Positions 33,953 through 47,568 of a stretch of 64,000 nucleotides of DNA are shown here, in pieces (position 1 is the first letter of the stretch; every line of letters starts with the position of its first letter). The notes beneath the pieces were generated by a model that searched no databases, was not told the DNA's origin, and saw nothing but the letters and a program-made list of their open reading frames with translations. This stretch comes from Tubiluchus corallicola (lineage: Eukaryota > Animalia > Priapulida). The stretch is taken from contig JAQGDQ010000001.1 of assembly GCA_030141605.1 (NCBI GenBank), positions 1,550,001-1,614,000 on the forward strand, given 5' to 3'. A program made the translations under genes and the position numbers.

Positions 33953-35751
33953 TAATTTGTTTTTACTATGTGCTTTTCACCTGCAGTAACTAAACAAATT
34001 TTCATAGACTTAGCCAACGTTTTCATTTTCATGTTTACTCATTGTCAGTGGGCGTTGCCTGGTTACCTAGTGGCTGTTATTGATGCGCATTGGGGTCATG
34101 ACCAGTTAGCTAGGTACTGGAGTGTGAAAATGCCTTTACCTATACTAGGATCCCAGAAAGTGAGAGTTTTGAATTTGCTCTGAACTAATTTTTCTCGTTC
34201 TAAATTCAAAAACCGGATAGAAAACTGGTTTGCGCGTAAGAGAGACGAGCTATTGTCGTTTTCTGCGTATAATTTTTGTTAATTTGGGAACCTGTTTTAC
34301 GTTTTCTCGTGGCGCATGTAAACTTGGGGTGGAATTTGTTCAGCTCGTGCTGGCCGTTAAGCATGGCCTTATCGATCGCTGTTATTGACTGCCAGGCTGA
34401 GCTAGATACCCACGCATTTATCTTAGTGGTCACCTTTCCATGAACTTTCAGCTTTGCCAATCCAGTGATCTAAGATTGGGAATCAAATTTCTAGTTGTGC
34501 ATCCTGTCTACAAGTGCGCAGACTGGTTATTTACCTATGGAATGTTGAATGTCTTTTATTGCTGTGCATGCTTTTTACAGGTTTTTGTCTATTACTTGTA
34601 ACGGTATTGCGTAGGTTTCTCTAAATTATGTCTATTTAGCATTACATAAAAATTGGGATTTAATCTACTACAACTAAGCATTATTTTTTAAAATAACCTC
34701 TAGCAACCGGTTTTCAGCATGGTGCACTATTTTTTAAAACGAAAGTTAATAAAAACAGGGTTCATTTTTATCGCCATTGATAGAATCCTGTAGTAGCATT
34801 GCGTCTTTTCTCATGATTCGAATATATCTAAGGATTCTAGGTGTGACACTGTTTTTAGGGGCACTACCCTTAAACGTTAGTGTCTCCTAAATTACTATGT
34901 GCAAGGGCTTTACAAACCCGGTATTTACAATTACGGCTTTGAGTAAAAGCTACTGTTTAGCGACCATGTTGTCGTTTTATTTGCGTATATTCATACTGAC
35001 ACTGGAGGAAGCTCTCAAGAAAATCTGATAAAATAAAATAAATCTGGATACAATCAGAGTGAAATATCAGGAACGGGAGTGCCTAGTTACGCGTTCTTCA
35101 TGGTTTTGGGATAGTGGCTTAATTAAATTAGCAAATATTTATTCGTTCCATTCCATATGTACTGTGTTGCACAAATTTGTCTCTGTAGTAGACCTGATGC
35201 AGCCTTGAATCAGCTGCAAAGTATGTACACAGGAAGAGTAGAGTTGAAACAACCGCTTTAAAGCAATCTGCTTTCTTTCTTTTCTTTCTGGGCCATTCAG
35301 GTAATCTGCTTAATTTATTAAATTGACTTAGAGTTAATTTAGCTATACTTCGTCATTGTTGTGGAGTTTAGGAACTAATCTTGTCTGTTTATATGTGAGA
35401 ATTTAAATGCAGTACTGTTATACTTATTTTTACAACTGGATAATAACTCATCTGCTCTCTGTTGGCGGTGATTATTTTTGTGATTTTCACATTTCATTTC
35501 GCTAATTCTGTAAAAAATCTTTGCTAGAAACTGAAAGTGTATCCTTGTCACAAGATAAACTATTGCTTATAAGTAAATTAAAAACTTACCCTGGTTGCAA
35601 AATAAGAAAGAGTTACTTCCATAATTCTAAATAGTGACATCTGGAATAAAATTAATTTTCGTTATATCACGTAGTATATATGTTAACAAACCCAAACTTT
35701 AGCTTAGCTCTTTGGGGGGAGGAATAGCTAAGCGATTACATTGTGTTCAGT

Positions 35752-35808
35752 AAAGCTAATTAAGCCTGTTGTGTAGTGAGTAAATGGATGGGTGACCACC
35801 AAGAAAAC
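35752..35808 (+). mobile_element. 5S rRNA-derived SINE-like fragment
   Basis: AAAGCTAA...GAGTAAATGGATGGGTGACC resembles the 5S internal promoter (AAGCTAAGC...TAGTACTTGGATGGGAGACC); too degenerate to be a 5S gene. Confidence 0.45.
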
Positions 35809-36283
35809 GGCTTCACTTGATATACGTCTATTTTAATATTTACCTCGTCGAGCAAAGATGTATACACATGCGAAAGTGGATTAGAGCTGTAACTCTGGTG
35901 ACCCTAATTTGTTAATGTGTGCTTATCTTCCCCCACGATGGCTTGTTCAATATTACTAATATAGATAGCCAAGTTAACAGACTAATCACATTGATCATTT
36001 GATTCAGTCAGTAAAAACGTAATGCAGTCTGAAGCCATATTAAATAGTTTTACTTCGTGGCCACGCAGGATATAGACTGATGTAGATGGAAGAGATTCTG
36101 GGTCAACTGTCTAGTGTACATACAGACTTGGAAATCGATCATCAGGGTGGTTATGTGTCTTAAACCTGTAGACGCAATTTGTGTGGAACATGTAAATGAA
36201 AGTAACCACAAAGGATTCGAGAATCGCCCCAGCAATATTTTTCTTGCTCTTGTCTTTTGAAAAATCATTGCGCTATAGTCTTA

Positions 36284-36778
36284 CGCCCGGTGCAGACATG
36301 CAACATTCAGTTGCGCAATTAAAAAGCAAAATTTGTAAATAACTGAAATCTATGAGAGCGCCCACAGACATGCAATACTATACTATAATACTCTAGTATA
36401 CTATACCATACCATACTATACTATACTACTGTACTATACTATAGTTTCTAAGTCTAGTTTCTAAATTTGTCACCCAATCTCTTAAAATATGGTAGCGAAC
36501 ACTGTAAGAGTCATATATATATTCACTAATTTGTTCTTCTCTCTTTTGTATGTTTAATGATGCCTCTTCATGAGACACTCTTCTTGATTAACTATTGTGT
36601 TTGGTTAAAAGTTGCGCAATTAAAAATACTTTGTCTGTGCGCTCTCAAGGAAAACAGTACCGGTTTCAGTTGCGTAACTAAAAGTTATAACTGCAGCTCC
36701 TCTCATTGACTTCATTTATTTACAAATTTTGCAACTTTTAGTTGCGCAATTGAAAATTGCATGTCCGCGGCGGGGACC
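36284..36778. mobile_element. PIF/Harbinger-like MITE with about 80-bp imperfect TIRs and an internal (TACTA)n tract
   Basis: GACATGCAA..TTCA.TTGCGCAA.TAAAA..GCAAAATTTGTAAATAA.TGAA.TC.ATGAGAG is present inverted at both ends; TTA flanks both sides (36281-36283, 36779-36781). Confidence 0.75.
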
Positions 36779-36830
36779 TTAGTCATTGGAATGACAAATG
36801 GGTCGAGAGTCACGTAACATCATTTGTTTT

Positions 36831-37000
36831 TATATATATATATATAATAATCTTTATTTGCCATTAAAAACATTGATAATCACTGATAAAAACTTTACAG
36901 AGATAATCAATCAGTGTTAGTTAATAAAAACTTACACTGCTGAAGGCAAATGCGTCAGTGCAATCTAAACTACTGTGCAGTAATGACGAATAAAATCAAA
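36831..37000 (-). mobile_element. Severely 5'-truncated copy (3' UTR plus (TA)n tail) of the LINE at 4765-5946
   Basis: 36855-37000 is the reverse complement of about 5800-5946, no mismatch seen by eye. Confidence 0.9.
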
Positions 37001-37721
37001 TCATTTTATTTCTTTTTCTTTGCAAAATAACCGGTCACAAATATCTAGAACGAATAGCCTGAATAGGGACTAGAAGACAAGTATACATGTTATGCCACTG
37101 TGTCAGTTACAAAGGAAAAAAACAAATATTACATCTATAAATGAAATACATAATACACTGATCTATAAACTCTTTTAGTATGATGAAAGTTATCTTGTTA
37201 TTATTGGCTATGACAGATCATGTTTCACAAAGTTTGTCAAGTTTTGCTGGGACGGCCATAGATTAACTGTGCATAATTCAGTGGGTTATCTTTTTCTATC
37301 TCTTTGCCAACTGATGATAAATGTTTGCCGCTTTTATTACACGCAATTATTAGCAATTGTGATATTATTAAGTCCAATTTTTGCTCGAAAATGCTGTACG
37401 ATCCACAAATGTTAAAAATTGTCGATTTGTTGCAAATTATTTTTCATTAGAACACACCAGTGTGTTTCCTAAATTGTTTTTCACTATCTGTCCTGCAATT
37501 ATTACAGATTTTTTTAATCTAGTTGTTTTTGTGTATATTATATCCTTGAGCACCTTGACGTCTGTATTTGTTTTCGTGGAACCTGGGAAAGTAAAGACTG
37601 ATAAGGCATTCGATGTTGACTGTTGCGCTGTCCTTTTTCGCAGAATGACTATTTCATTGAATGGATTTTTTTCGAAACGTTTTTGAAAGTGAAACTGAGT
37701 GGACAAATTGGCATCGCTACG

Positions 37722-37740
37722 CCTCCCCGCCCCCCTCCCG
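37722..37740. promoter_or_regulatory. GC-box (Sp/KLF-like) upstream of a candidate alternative RXR first exon
   Basis: CCTCCCCGCCCCCCTCCCG stands out in AT-rich DNA; about 500 bp upstream of ATGCTGG|GTAGGT (38236-38242). Confidence 0.35.
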
Positions 37741-38533
37741 TCACGATTTTGTGTATGGGAAGAAATATCGCTAAAACACAAACGAGTCTTTGTACCAGTC
37801 AGAATAGTAATGAAGCATATTTAGTAGAGCAGTGGGTGTTTTACTGAAAAGCGAAAGTAACGAATTAGTAGAGTTCTCTAACCCCTCTAGATGAGACTTG
37901 TTCAAGGAAGCGTGTCGCGTGCAGGTCACTCAACCCCAGATGTGGCTACAAGCTCCGGTTTACTGCGAACTTGCCCACATACTGCTGACATCATTACTCA
38001 CCTCTGCAACCCCAGTGTGTCAGCAAGTTTGCATAGCTGTGGTCAAATGAATTTCTATGACTTGGCCTTCTGCGTATGGTAGAGCTGTGAAATAACCTTG
38101 AGAGCTTGTCCCTATTAACCAAGGAGAGAAGAGGACGACGTGGCAAGGACAAAGAAGTCGATTTAGTGTTGGAAACTTGGCAGTTTTACTGTGCGTTAAT
38201 TTCTAAATACACGCGTACTTAACGCATACTGCTTAATGCTGGGTAGGTGATTGATATAATTTCCGTGCTATTGGATACTGAGGTGATATTGGTCTGATTA
38301 GTCGCTAATATGTAGGAGTTTGAGTACCCTTTTACAATTACAACTAAGTCTGATCTGATCAAGTTGATGTATTTGTTTTAATGTCAAGAAATGTTAATCA
38401 CAAACTATTTCGCAACAAGATTGAAAGAATTTATTTAACCGTATAGATATGTGGTTAATAATATAATATTTGACACATGTGTTAGTCCCTGTTGTTGTTA
38501 AGAGTAACCAATTTTTCGTTGTTTTTTTTTCAG

Positions 38534-38605
38534 GTTATACAAATCACGTCAATAGCGTCAGGGAGGACAGTCACATGACCATGTACAATTTCCATATAAA
38601 GCAAG
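38534..38605 (+). CDS. RXR: Candidate RXR A/B-domain exon (72 nt, phase 1-1)
   Basis: T-tract CAG| acceptor, AAG|GTAAC donor, open frame YTNHVNSVREDSHMTMYNFHIKQ; joining to 49928 creates IKQE. Confidence 0.65.
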
Positions 38606-41600
38606 GTAACTAAAAAAATTACGATATTACGTTAGTAACATTAGCTTTAGATTTATATTTGCTTGCCTGACCAGTGCTTGGTTCGTCGAAATGCCGGATA
38701 ATTAGAGTTAATAGTTTCATCGCCACTCTGGACCAAATTAAGCACACAGACAGCCAGAAAGAGAGAGATAGAGTTTTCGAAACTTGCCGAATGGGCCTGT
38801 AATTTCCTTAACATTTCTTTGTCATCTCCTTAGGGACAAAATTTTCGTGCTCGTTTCATGTGGTAATTTTACTTGAAGAAGAGCTTCAGGATGATTTAAA
38901 CATGTCTAGATACAATTTACATACATGTAAGAAGAATATGGAAACTTGTATTGAGATAGTTAATGCCATGAGTAGCATGCAAATCACGCTTCTTCTGAAT
39001 ACCTGTTTTATTTTTCATGTTTTCAAAATTTGTCTTACATAAGCAGAGGGGTGTATTTTTGGTCAAGGCTAAAACATGTGGCATTTGCAACTAAATTGTT
39101 TTCATCTAAATTCAGTTTTGCCAACTGCCCTCTAGCCATTTTCTGTGCACGACCATAAGTCCATAAGATTTTGTTTAGGAGTACAGTTTAGTAAACACAG
39201 AGAAGTTTTTACTTGCAGATCCAGCAGCCTTAGAGTAACATTTGTTATAATAGTTCTAGTCTCTCAAATCACTTAGTTAATAAAGTCATTTTAATTGTAA
39301 GTTGAGTTCACAGATCGTGGTGTCATTTTTAAGCAATTTTTAACTGAGTATCTGTGCTCTCTAAAAATGGTTTTATTTAGATTCTCATTTGTATAGGTTC
39401 CATCGTATTCTTGTTTCACCCATTCCTTCTGTTTTATAAATGTATAAACAAAGCAATTGCTGTTTGAAATGTTCGCATATTATTGACTATTCGTTTGAGG
39501 TTAATTTATTAGTGCTTTTTTACCCTATTATAGTCACAAGGTCTTAAATAATTAGTTAAAATGCTCTTGCATTGCTATTTCCCATCGTTAAAAACGAGCT
39601 GGAGTATTAAACAGTGTGGAACGTTTACACGTTGCACATTATTATAGCCCTGTCCGTTGGTAAATGTTATATCAGGTTTTTGATGAGAAACTGTTTCACT
39701 TATACATTCCTTTAAGGGAAAGAGCAGCGAAAATTAAACATTGGAGTATGTTTTAAATATCTGCATACTTATTAAAGTTGATTAGCTAATAGCACTCTTA
39801 CTTATTTGAAGGGAGGGATTAGTAGAAAAAATTCCTAGTACCGTTAAAACGTAAAAATGGTCGAGAAACTAGCCTGACGTCAGAGACCCACGAATCACAA
39901 TCTCGATGAACCTCTATTATTTAATGAATTTCTTCTGTGCAAAAACTACAGCTCCTATATTTAAATTGGCGTGTAGCTATTTATATGATCTACCTGAGAT
40001 TTCTTAAGTTCAGTAGACGCCCAACTATTGAAATATGCGTCTAGTATAGATTACTGTGAGAGATAATCGTAAATTTACATCTTGGCTACAGTAAATAACT
40101 TACTCCTAAGGTGTTTATGCGCTTGAAATACTCGAATCCTTAATGGATGTGCACCGGATGGACGCTAATCTTTCTCTGTACAACATGTGCACATCACGTA
40201 TTGTCTGGCCAGCTGTTTAGCTGGAGAACACTGATAAACAGGTAAAGCTGGCTGATTACCCCAATTTTTGTAACTAAAAACGAAATTCGCGCGTACAGCA
40301 GCATGTGGCCTCTACTGATTGAAAATGCTTGCTTAACCGTCACTCAAGAAATTTATACGCTAGTTTGAGCTAGAAGCAACTGCATTGAGAACTTTCACTT
40401 TTTTCATGTATGTCTTGAGCTGCAAATATTGTTTCCCTGCATTGCGAGACATAGATTAATGTGTGAGCTAGAAGCCATACAATCCCGTAGTTGTTAAGTT
40501 ATCGATTAGCTTATCAGAGCAACCGTGACATTCTCAGGCGTATTTCGCCTGGCACGAATTTTTTAATCGTGCATCGATCGCCGTGGAAAAAGTTGGCAAA
40601 ATTTTCTGCGCCTGTTGGGAATAGTGAGTTTAGTGAACTTGTCTCCGAATCGCACTGAATCTGATGTCGGTAAACTTTGTTTTTAATCATCGTTGTGTGC
40701 AGCCAAAGTTCAGTTTGAAAAGTGCTTGAATTCATATTGACAGATATTGATCGAGTACAAAAATTGATTTGTAATTCAGCAATCACTGAACTGACTGTCT
40801 TTCCGGAGAGGCTGTCACCTTTGACCTTCTGACGATCACTGGTCCCGAAGAAGAAAATCAAAGATAGAGTACAAGTGTTGAAAAGATTAGGGCGGGGAAT
40901 CCCAAATTACAGTTTGAGAAGAAAGATGCATAGGCATTGCATTAAGCAGTAATTAGTAATAATTACCTACTCATGTTAATAATATGAAAAAAACTTACTG
41001 GCGCCTTGGGAGTAGATACCTAACATGATCTGACATTTTTAGTCTCCTAAGACTGCGCTGTCTGAAACAAATATTTAGTAATTTGAGTTCATTTTTAAGC
41101 ACAATTAAGATAGCTCTGTTTTTCTTTGAATGGTGGGATTGATGCTCGTTTATTTTTGGTTCTTAATTGAGTTTGATTGTATTTTATACGTCTCGTTTGC
41201 TAGATTAATTATATCTTTATGTTGCTTAGTAACAGCACAGGCCTGTCAAAACGCTTAATTCTGTGTCTGTTTGCGATTTAAGTATTAATTTTAAATTTGT
41301 TTTGTGATTTAACTATAGACCACCGATTTGCTCAGAAAAATCGGTGGCAGAACGCAATTCAAGCAAATCCAGACACCTTAATTAGCATTACTAACCCGAT
41401 GTTTCTCAGAACTATTACGAATGTTGCCAAACGTATGACTCTTTTAACACCTGTGGGCGGGTAAACTATTTCCTCTAGGAACAACTGAATGGGGGTTCAA
41501 CAACCTTTTATGCTTTTTGGGAACCGTATCCCATGTAACCTGGCTTGTCACATACTACTTTGCTTCAGGAACCTTATATTTGAGACACCTTTTGGTAAGC

Positions 41601-44600
41601 GCATTATCAATTGATTTTTAAATTTATTAGGTGTCTTTCATTTCTTTAGCAGTTCATTTTACAAATTGTTTCGCATAATCAAATGATTGCCTATTTGTTA
41701 AGGTCTTTAGCCGTTAGCCGTAATAATGAACTAAAATTCTCAACCCAGCAGTGATCAAGTTGTAGCTTCTTAATTTGTTTATATCCCAGCGTTTAAATTA
41801 CTGAAGGGGCAGAATGAAAGCATCGCCTACAGTAACTGGCCAAACTCTCTTTCTATGTGAAATTTCACTAGCACAGAATCGTCTTGCTCATATCTGGCAG
41901 TAGGCCAATAGGAAATCTAAGCAAGTTCTCTCTGGGTGCATTGACACTGGGAACCTGTTCTGGAAAGGAAAAGCAGTGAGATCAACTTCGCCTGCAGCGT
42001 TGTGAGAAGGATTGGTAGGATCGCGAAAATAGCAATAGCCCTGCATGGCGTGCATGCACAGCTGCACCTATTTTATACTCCGCCACACGCGCAACTCATT
42101 CTGAGCTTGATCCCCGATAGTTCTTGTTCGCGCGCCGCCGTTCCCTGGGGAAGAGAATAAATTTATGCTGAAGTCCAAGGTTATAGATTCATAAGGTGAA
42201 CCGGACACGGTTGTTTCAATCCAGAGAAATCTGTACGGACAGTATCATTAGCATAACACCACTTTGTTGATTATTACCACTTTTTATCATCAAAAGTAAA
42301 AAATCCACAAAGTTCTGGAAGAAGTGAGTCATCCTACTATCATAAGCACCCCCAAACCCAACTAACACACCTGTTTATTAAAAAGGCACCTTATCTGCGA
42401 TGATGGTAACGCAATTTGCTATTTAGGTGTTCTGTGTTCAATACTAATTTTTTTTTTTTTTTTTGGTTTTGTCGGTTTTTGCTTATTCATTTTCGATATT
42501 TTTCCTTTTTGCACACAAGGAGGAGCAATCATTTCTTGGCTCCCCTTAGTATATACTACATAAGTTACATATACACGGTTTTGAACATATCGAACTAAAA
42601 ACTTAAATAGAGGAATCATTATTATTGACTAATCAAAAAGTACTGTAATATTTTTGGCTGCTTCATTGTAGTATACATTTATGTAAGTATCACCTAATAG
42701 TTGGCTTAATGAGTTTATTGCCAGTATACCAACATGCCAGTATTTTTCTTTTTTCTTTTTTGTACCTGCCTTTCTTTTTTCTAACGATTTCTTTCCTACT
42801 TTCTCAAATAAGTATATGATGCAGTCATAAATTTATAAGCATATTTGTTGTTTCAAAGTCTTCTAAACATTCCTGCACTATGGAAATATATTTTTTAATA
42901 ATCATTCTGCTGGGATAAATACGAATAACAGCACAATAATCGCAATATTCTGTTGTTTTGTAAGGTATAACTCTGTTAATTTGCTCATAGGCATTCCACA
43001 TACTTCAAAGCATTTCTAATGATTCATAAACGAAGGCCTTATCTCTTTTCTTAAGTGTCATAATAATAGCATACTTGGGATTTGTTCATCGTCGCATTTG
43101 AAGGAGCGACGACCTCGAGGATTCATTGTCATCCTCAACTTTTAGCCCGAAAAGGAACTAATTTCGTGTAGATTTGCTGTATGTCGACAACCCTGAGAGG
43201 ATAAAACTGCAGTCAAAGTACTGTAGCACTTTTTTAGGAATGTTTGTTCTATGGCTTTTATTTGCACTTGTCATATATGCAAACCACAATCAGTTTTCGC
43301 CGAGGATTTTTTCTCCTCTGAGTTGACATTACAGTGAGGTTTTTGGTGGGGCTAGAGAAAACAGGAAAACTAGTTGGCAGATCATGGTCTGGAAAATGAG
43401 AACGAATTTTGAAGGTATTTGTTCGATACGCTGTTATAAAAATAGCGTAGTGCATTATTTTATGGCTGCTGACTAGGCCTCATATCAAGCATTTTTTCTA
43501 GTTTTGGGCCTATATTATTTTTTGTAGTACGTAATGACAAAATTGACGTGTGACGGGGTGTAGCTGATTGATGAAAGGATTTCTATGCTGTTCTATAAAT
43601 AACAATTCTACGTATCTTAAAACCACAGTATTTCTGTAGTGTTTCAATAGTCTTATTGTTCGTTAGCTTGTTTGTATGAAGTGAAAGTTTTAACAACGCG
43701 TGTGGTTTGGCCTTCCCGTATATTTCGCATATACAAGGTCACTTAATTATTTTATTAGTGAATGAATGCGGTCGAGGTATGCACACCTATTTACATTTTA
43801 ATCGGCGTTGCTAACGTCAGCAAGTTTTGTTGGTTTTGGCACTCGTACAAGTATAACAAACAGAGTTCGTTCTTATTTTTCAGATAAAATTTGACAAAGT
43901 TGTGTAATATACTTGCCAGACTGCATAGCTATTTGTGCGTGTGTGTAAATTGCAGTCCCAAAAAGAACTGTTTTTATCTGTAATAGAGTGCTGTTATATG
44001 GATATATGCTACATCATGGATTGTGTTAATCATGTCGTACCGGTTGCATTATATTTACCTACATTGCAACAGCAGACGTATAGTAAGCTCTATAAGTCTT
44101 CTGTACTAAGTATAATACTATAGAGATGATTTTTCTATACTTATTAAATTGTAATATTCTGCAAGTTTGATTTGAAGCCAGCAAACTGGAAACCAACTAT
44201 CAATAACTAAAAAATCCTAACCAATAGAATTTTTATATCCGTAGGTTCATTTGCAACACCCCATGATATATTTTGTTTAGTACGTGTAGCTTCCAAATTT
44301 TGGGGGTTGAGTGATAATAAGCCTAATAGGCCAATTTTACTCATTTGAATACACTTCACATCGCCGACGGCTGCTCCTAAACTATGCGCACCATTTCACT
44401 GTCATGGGGTGCCTAGGCACATAGGGTGCTTAGGCAAGATCAGGCTTTTAAATCTGCACGAAGGCCCACATCGTATCACTTCTTGGAACCATTATTATGA
44501 CGATCCTATTGATTTGTTTGGCCAAAGGTCATTGTAGGACATTGTAGTGCATCTGCATGGGCCAATGACAAGTGCCATGTAATTTCCAATATCTGCAGGA

Positions 44601-45565
44601 ATAAGCCGCGAACGTGTAATTAATGACCTTCTGTTTCTTTTTTCTTTAATGTTATAGCAAATGTAATAAAGTTGTCTTACTTAAAGATAGTTATAGATAC
44701 TTGTGCACCAATGCTAAACATTCCAGCTTTCAAACAATTTCTTCCTGTAAAAGCACCCAGGGTCCATTGCAACAAATTGTGTCCAGAGCAGGATACGTAG
44801 TTTACTAGGCCAAATTTGCGAAGACAAGTGGGTGTTAAAAGATGCACATAATGGCGTGATTTAGTTTAGCGCGTGATAAGAAATGTCAAGATGTTCTACC
44901 AACTTTTCAGTTGTACAGTTGAGCAAGTTTTCTTGTATCGTTTTTACGAAGTTTTTTCTTGCAGAAATTTTCTTACTGACTGTATAGAGAGGTTTCTAGC
45001 ACGCGACTAAGCCAAATATTAGAAAATTTCTAAGAACTTAGGCGTTTGAATTGTACAAATTTATATGCGAACAGTATGTGAACACTGTGTAGTTCACAGT
45101 GTGAAGGCCAGTTCACATTCTATGGCATATGGTTTAAGTCTTATGAAGATTTGCTTGTGTTATTTATTCCAAAGAATTTACAAGTTGCCGGAATTTAGAC
45201 GCGGGGGCGAAAGCTTGGCCAGCTGTATGTATTTTCCCAACAGCAGCTGTTGACCATATTTTTAGTCAAGTAAAATTACGTAATAACTGTCGCGTGTCTT
45301 ACAGTTTTCTGTCCCTTTAGTATTTCTTTTCAAAAACAGTTTTATGTGATGTTTCACTACGTATGTGTGCACAGTATGTGTGCTTAGTGAATGTTGTATG
45401 CCAGAAGTATCATGCAATAGAATTGCAAAACACAAGTAGAAAAAGTTCTTATGCTTTACAAAGTGGAATAATGGTCCACGGGCGGACGCGGTACTATAGC
45501 TTCAGTGCAGTGTAGGAGTTTTCTAGCATCCTTCATTTTCATTGATTTACTTATTTAAATTTATT

Positions 45566-45882
45566 GAATGACGGTACACACCTACGATTAATTAAATTTT
45601 GATGCCAAACTTGAATGACCGGAAATGTGAAAAAGTTCGAATATCGACTGGATTTGAACCAGGGACTTCCTCTTTACAAGCAGACGCCTTAGACCACTAG
45701 GCTGGCAGTTCGTCAGTCATTTAGCCCAAGTTTCATCAAATTGGTCAACGCTGGTCAACCAAATTGAAAAGGCTGAATCACAAAGTCGCTGGTTCAAATC
45801 TAGGCTGTATTCCAACTTTTTTACATTTCCCGTTTTTCAAGTTGGCATTAGTTGTGGCTTTGTTACTTTGTACCATCATTAA
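45566..45882. mobile_element. Foldback/MITE with inverted arms containing tRNA-like B-boxes
   Basis: 45600-45668 and 45783-45850 are imperfect reverse complements, each with GGTTCAAATC; an A-box-like TAGTGGTCTAAGGCG lies on the minus strand. Confidence 0.75.
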
Positions 45883-46223
45883 CAGTAATCTTGACATTAA
45901 GATTATAATAACTCAGTTTTTTTAAATTTATGCAAATTGAATTTTCGGCGTAAAAATACTGATACATATAACAACGGCAGGTATTCCCACGCGCATACAA
46001 ATGTAAAAATCAAGTGTGAAGTCCAAACAGGTTATATTGAAAATTTCGCCTGCAATTTCATACCGAGACTGAACGTATGAATTTGCAGCTTTTCAGATTT
46101 TTCGTTAAGTTAATAGAAAATTTATAGTTGACAGAATATTAATTCATTTAATAAAACAGCAACCTTCATACTGTAATGTGATAGAGAGTGCACAGGCGTT
46201 ACAGAACAATGTACATAATATTA

Positions 46224-46400
46224 TTTGTGATAAAATGGACTGATGTCGTACACTGGGTAATGTCGGATATTAAGCTCCAGGCTTTACTAAAGGAGAAGGA
46301 AAAACAATGTCTATACCACTTTGTTATTTTTAGTAAAGCCTGAAGCTCATTGTCCGACATTAGTCAGTGTCCAACAATAGGCCATGACTGGTATCAAAAA
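46224..46400. mobile_element. Short foldback/MITE remnant
   Basis: ACACTGGGTAATGTCGGATATTAAGCTCCAGGCTTTACTAAA versus reverse complement ACACTGACTAATGTCGGACAATGAGCTTCAGGCTTTACTAAA. Confidence 0.7.
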
Positions 46401-47568
46401 TGCATCACGTTTGTGGTAAAACTAAAATGCAAATTTTTTACGGGTATTTTGACGTTTGCTCTGCCATCAAAGTAAGAATAACTCATGGGGCAGATAAACG
46501 CAACCTACCACAAAAGCCATGACAGCGTGTTGTACACGACAAGCGGTATCAGATGCGTTCGTTCAATGCTGACCGCTGAATGAACTCACTTTGCAGTCAT
46601 GATGTTGAGCGCGCAACGAAGGCCGTCGGATTTTATACGTGAATGTAGAAGTTTATTCCAACAGTGCATTGTGTTTGGGGTAAATTTGTCTGCTTGTTTC
46701 ACATGTCGCTTGCGTACATTAGTGTCTTTTGCGTCGCACAGGACACATTTTGTTTCCTCATTCCTTGGTAATTCGTGTTCTTGGTGTCCCAAATCTAATG
46801 TAGTTTCCTGTAACAAAAACTTCTCTTTTAGAAAGTCTCTAGGTATTTCTAGGACGACTAAGTTCTAGCAAGAAATAGCATTCTTTCTCTTCAGTTTTCG
46901 TAGGATGCAAAAGCATATCAGGCACTTTATCTGTAACTTTCTAACTTACACGTAACTTTATCTCGCCAATCAGTACCGCTTGTGGTGTTTAATTTCGTCA
47001 GCTTCTTTCACTGTTCTACATGTCTGGCCTTATTAACCCAACCGCATATTAACCCTTTGAACCTCAATAAACGCTTTCGAACCAAGCTTCCTAAGAAGAG
47101 CTTGCCCCCATTTATATATCGAGATCAATACATCATCATCGATTATATGATATTCTGTGCAGAAATTCTAGCTCATGTATTTATGTCACTAGGATCCATT
47201 CTGGATAACCGCGAGATGACCTCGACGTATCGGTGTCACCGAGCCGGTCTTCTGACAACTTAACTCTTTACTATTCTGGGAACACCCAAAATAGATCGCC
47301 TACACTTACATCAGCCAGACAAACTGGACACTGGTTGCCCTTGACAAAATTCGTATAATTACTTTATAACCTTAAGTCCATATAGATGGATAAACGAAGA
47401 GTGTCACTGCGTAACCGAATTCCATCTTTGAATTTGAGAGAGATAATAAGTGACAGGAACATTCATGAATGTAAAATTTTCATAACTATTGCAAAGGAAG
47501 TAAATGTGAAAAAACTATTAGAATACCAATAACTAATGTCACAAATATTAATCTGCATAAATCTCCTG

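Noticed and set aside
45640-45710. Possible tRNA gene on the minus strand
   Set aside because: I could not form a proper acceptor stem; it is part of an inverted-repeat element.
46586-47400. Possible old LINE remnant on the minus strand (TMHCWNKL resembles T...WN.LP)
   Set aside because: Similarity too weak to call without a search.
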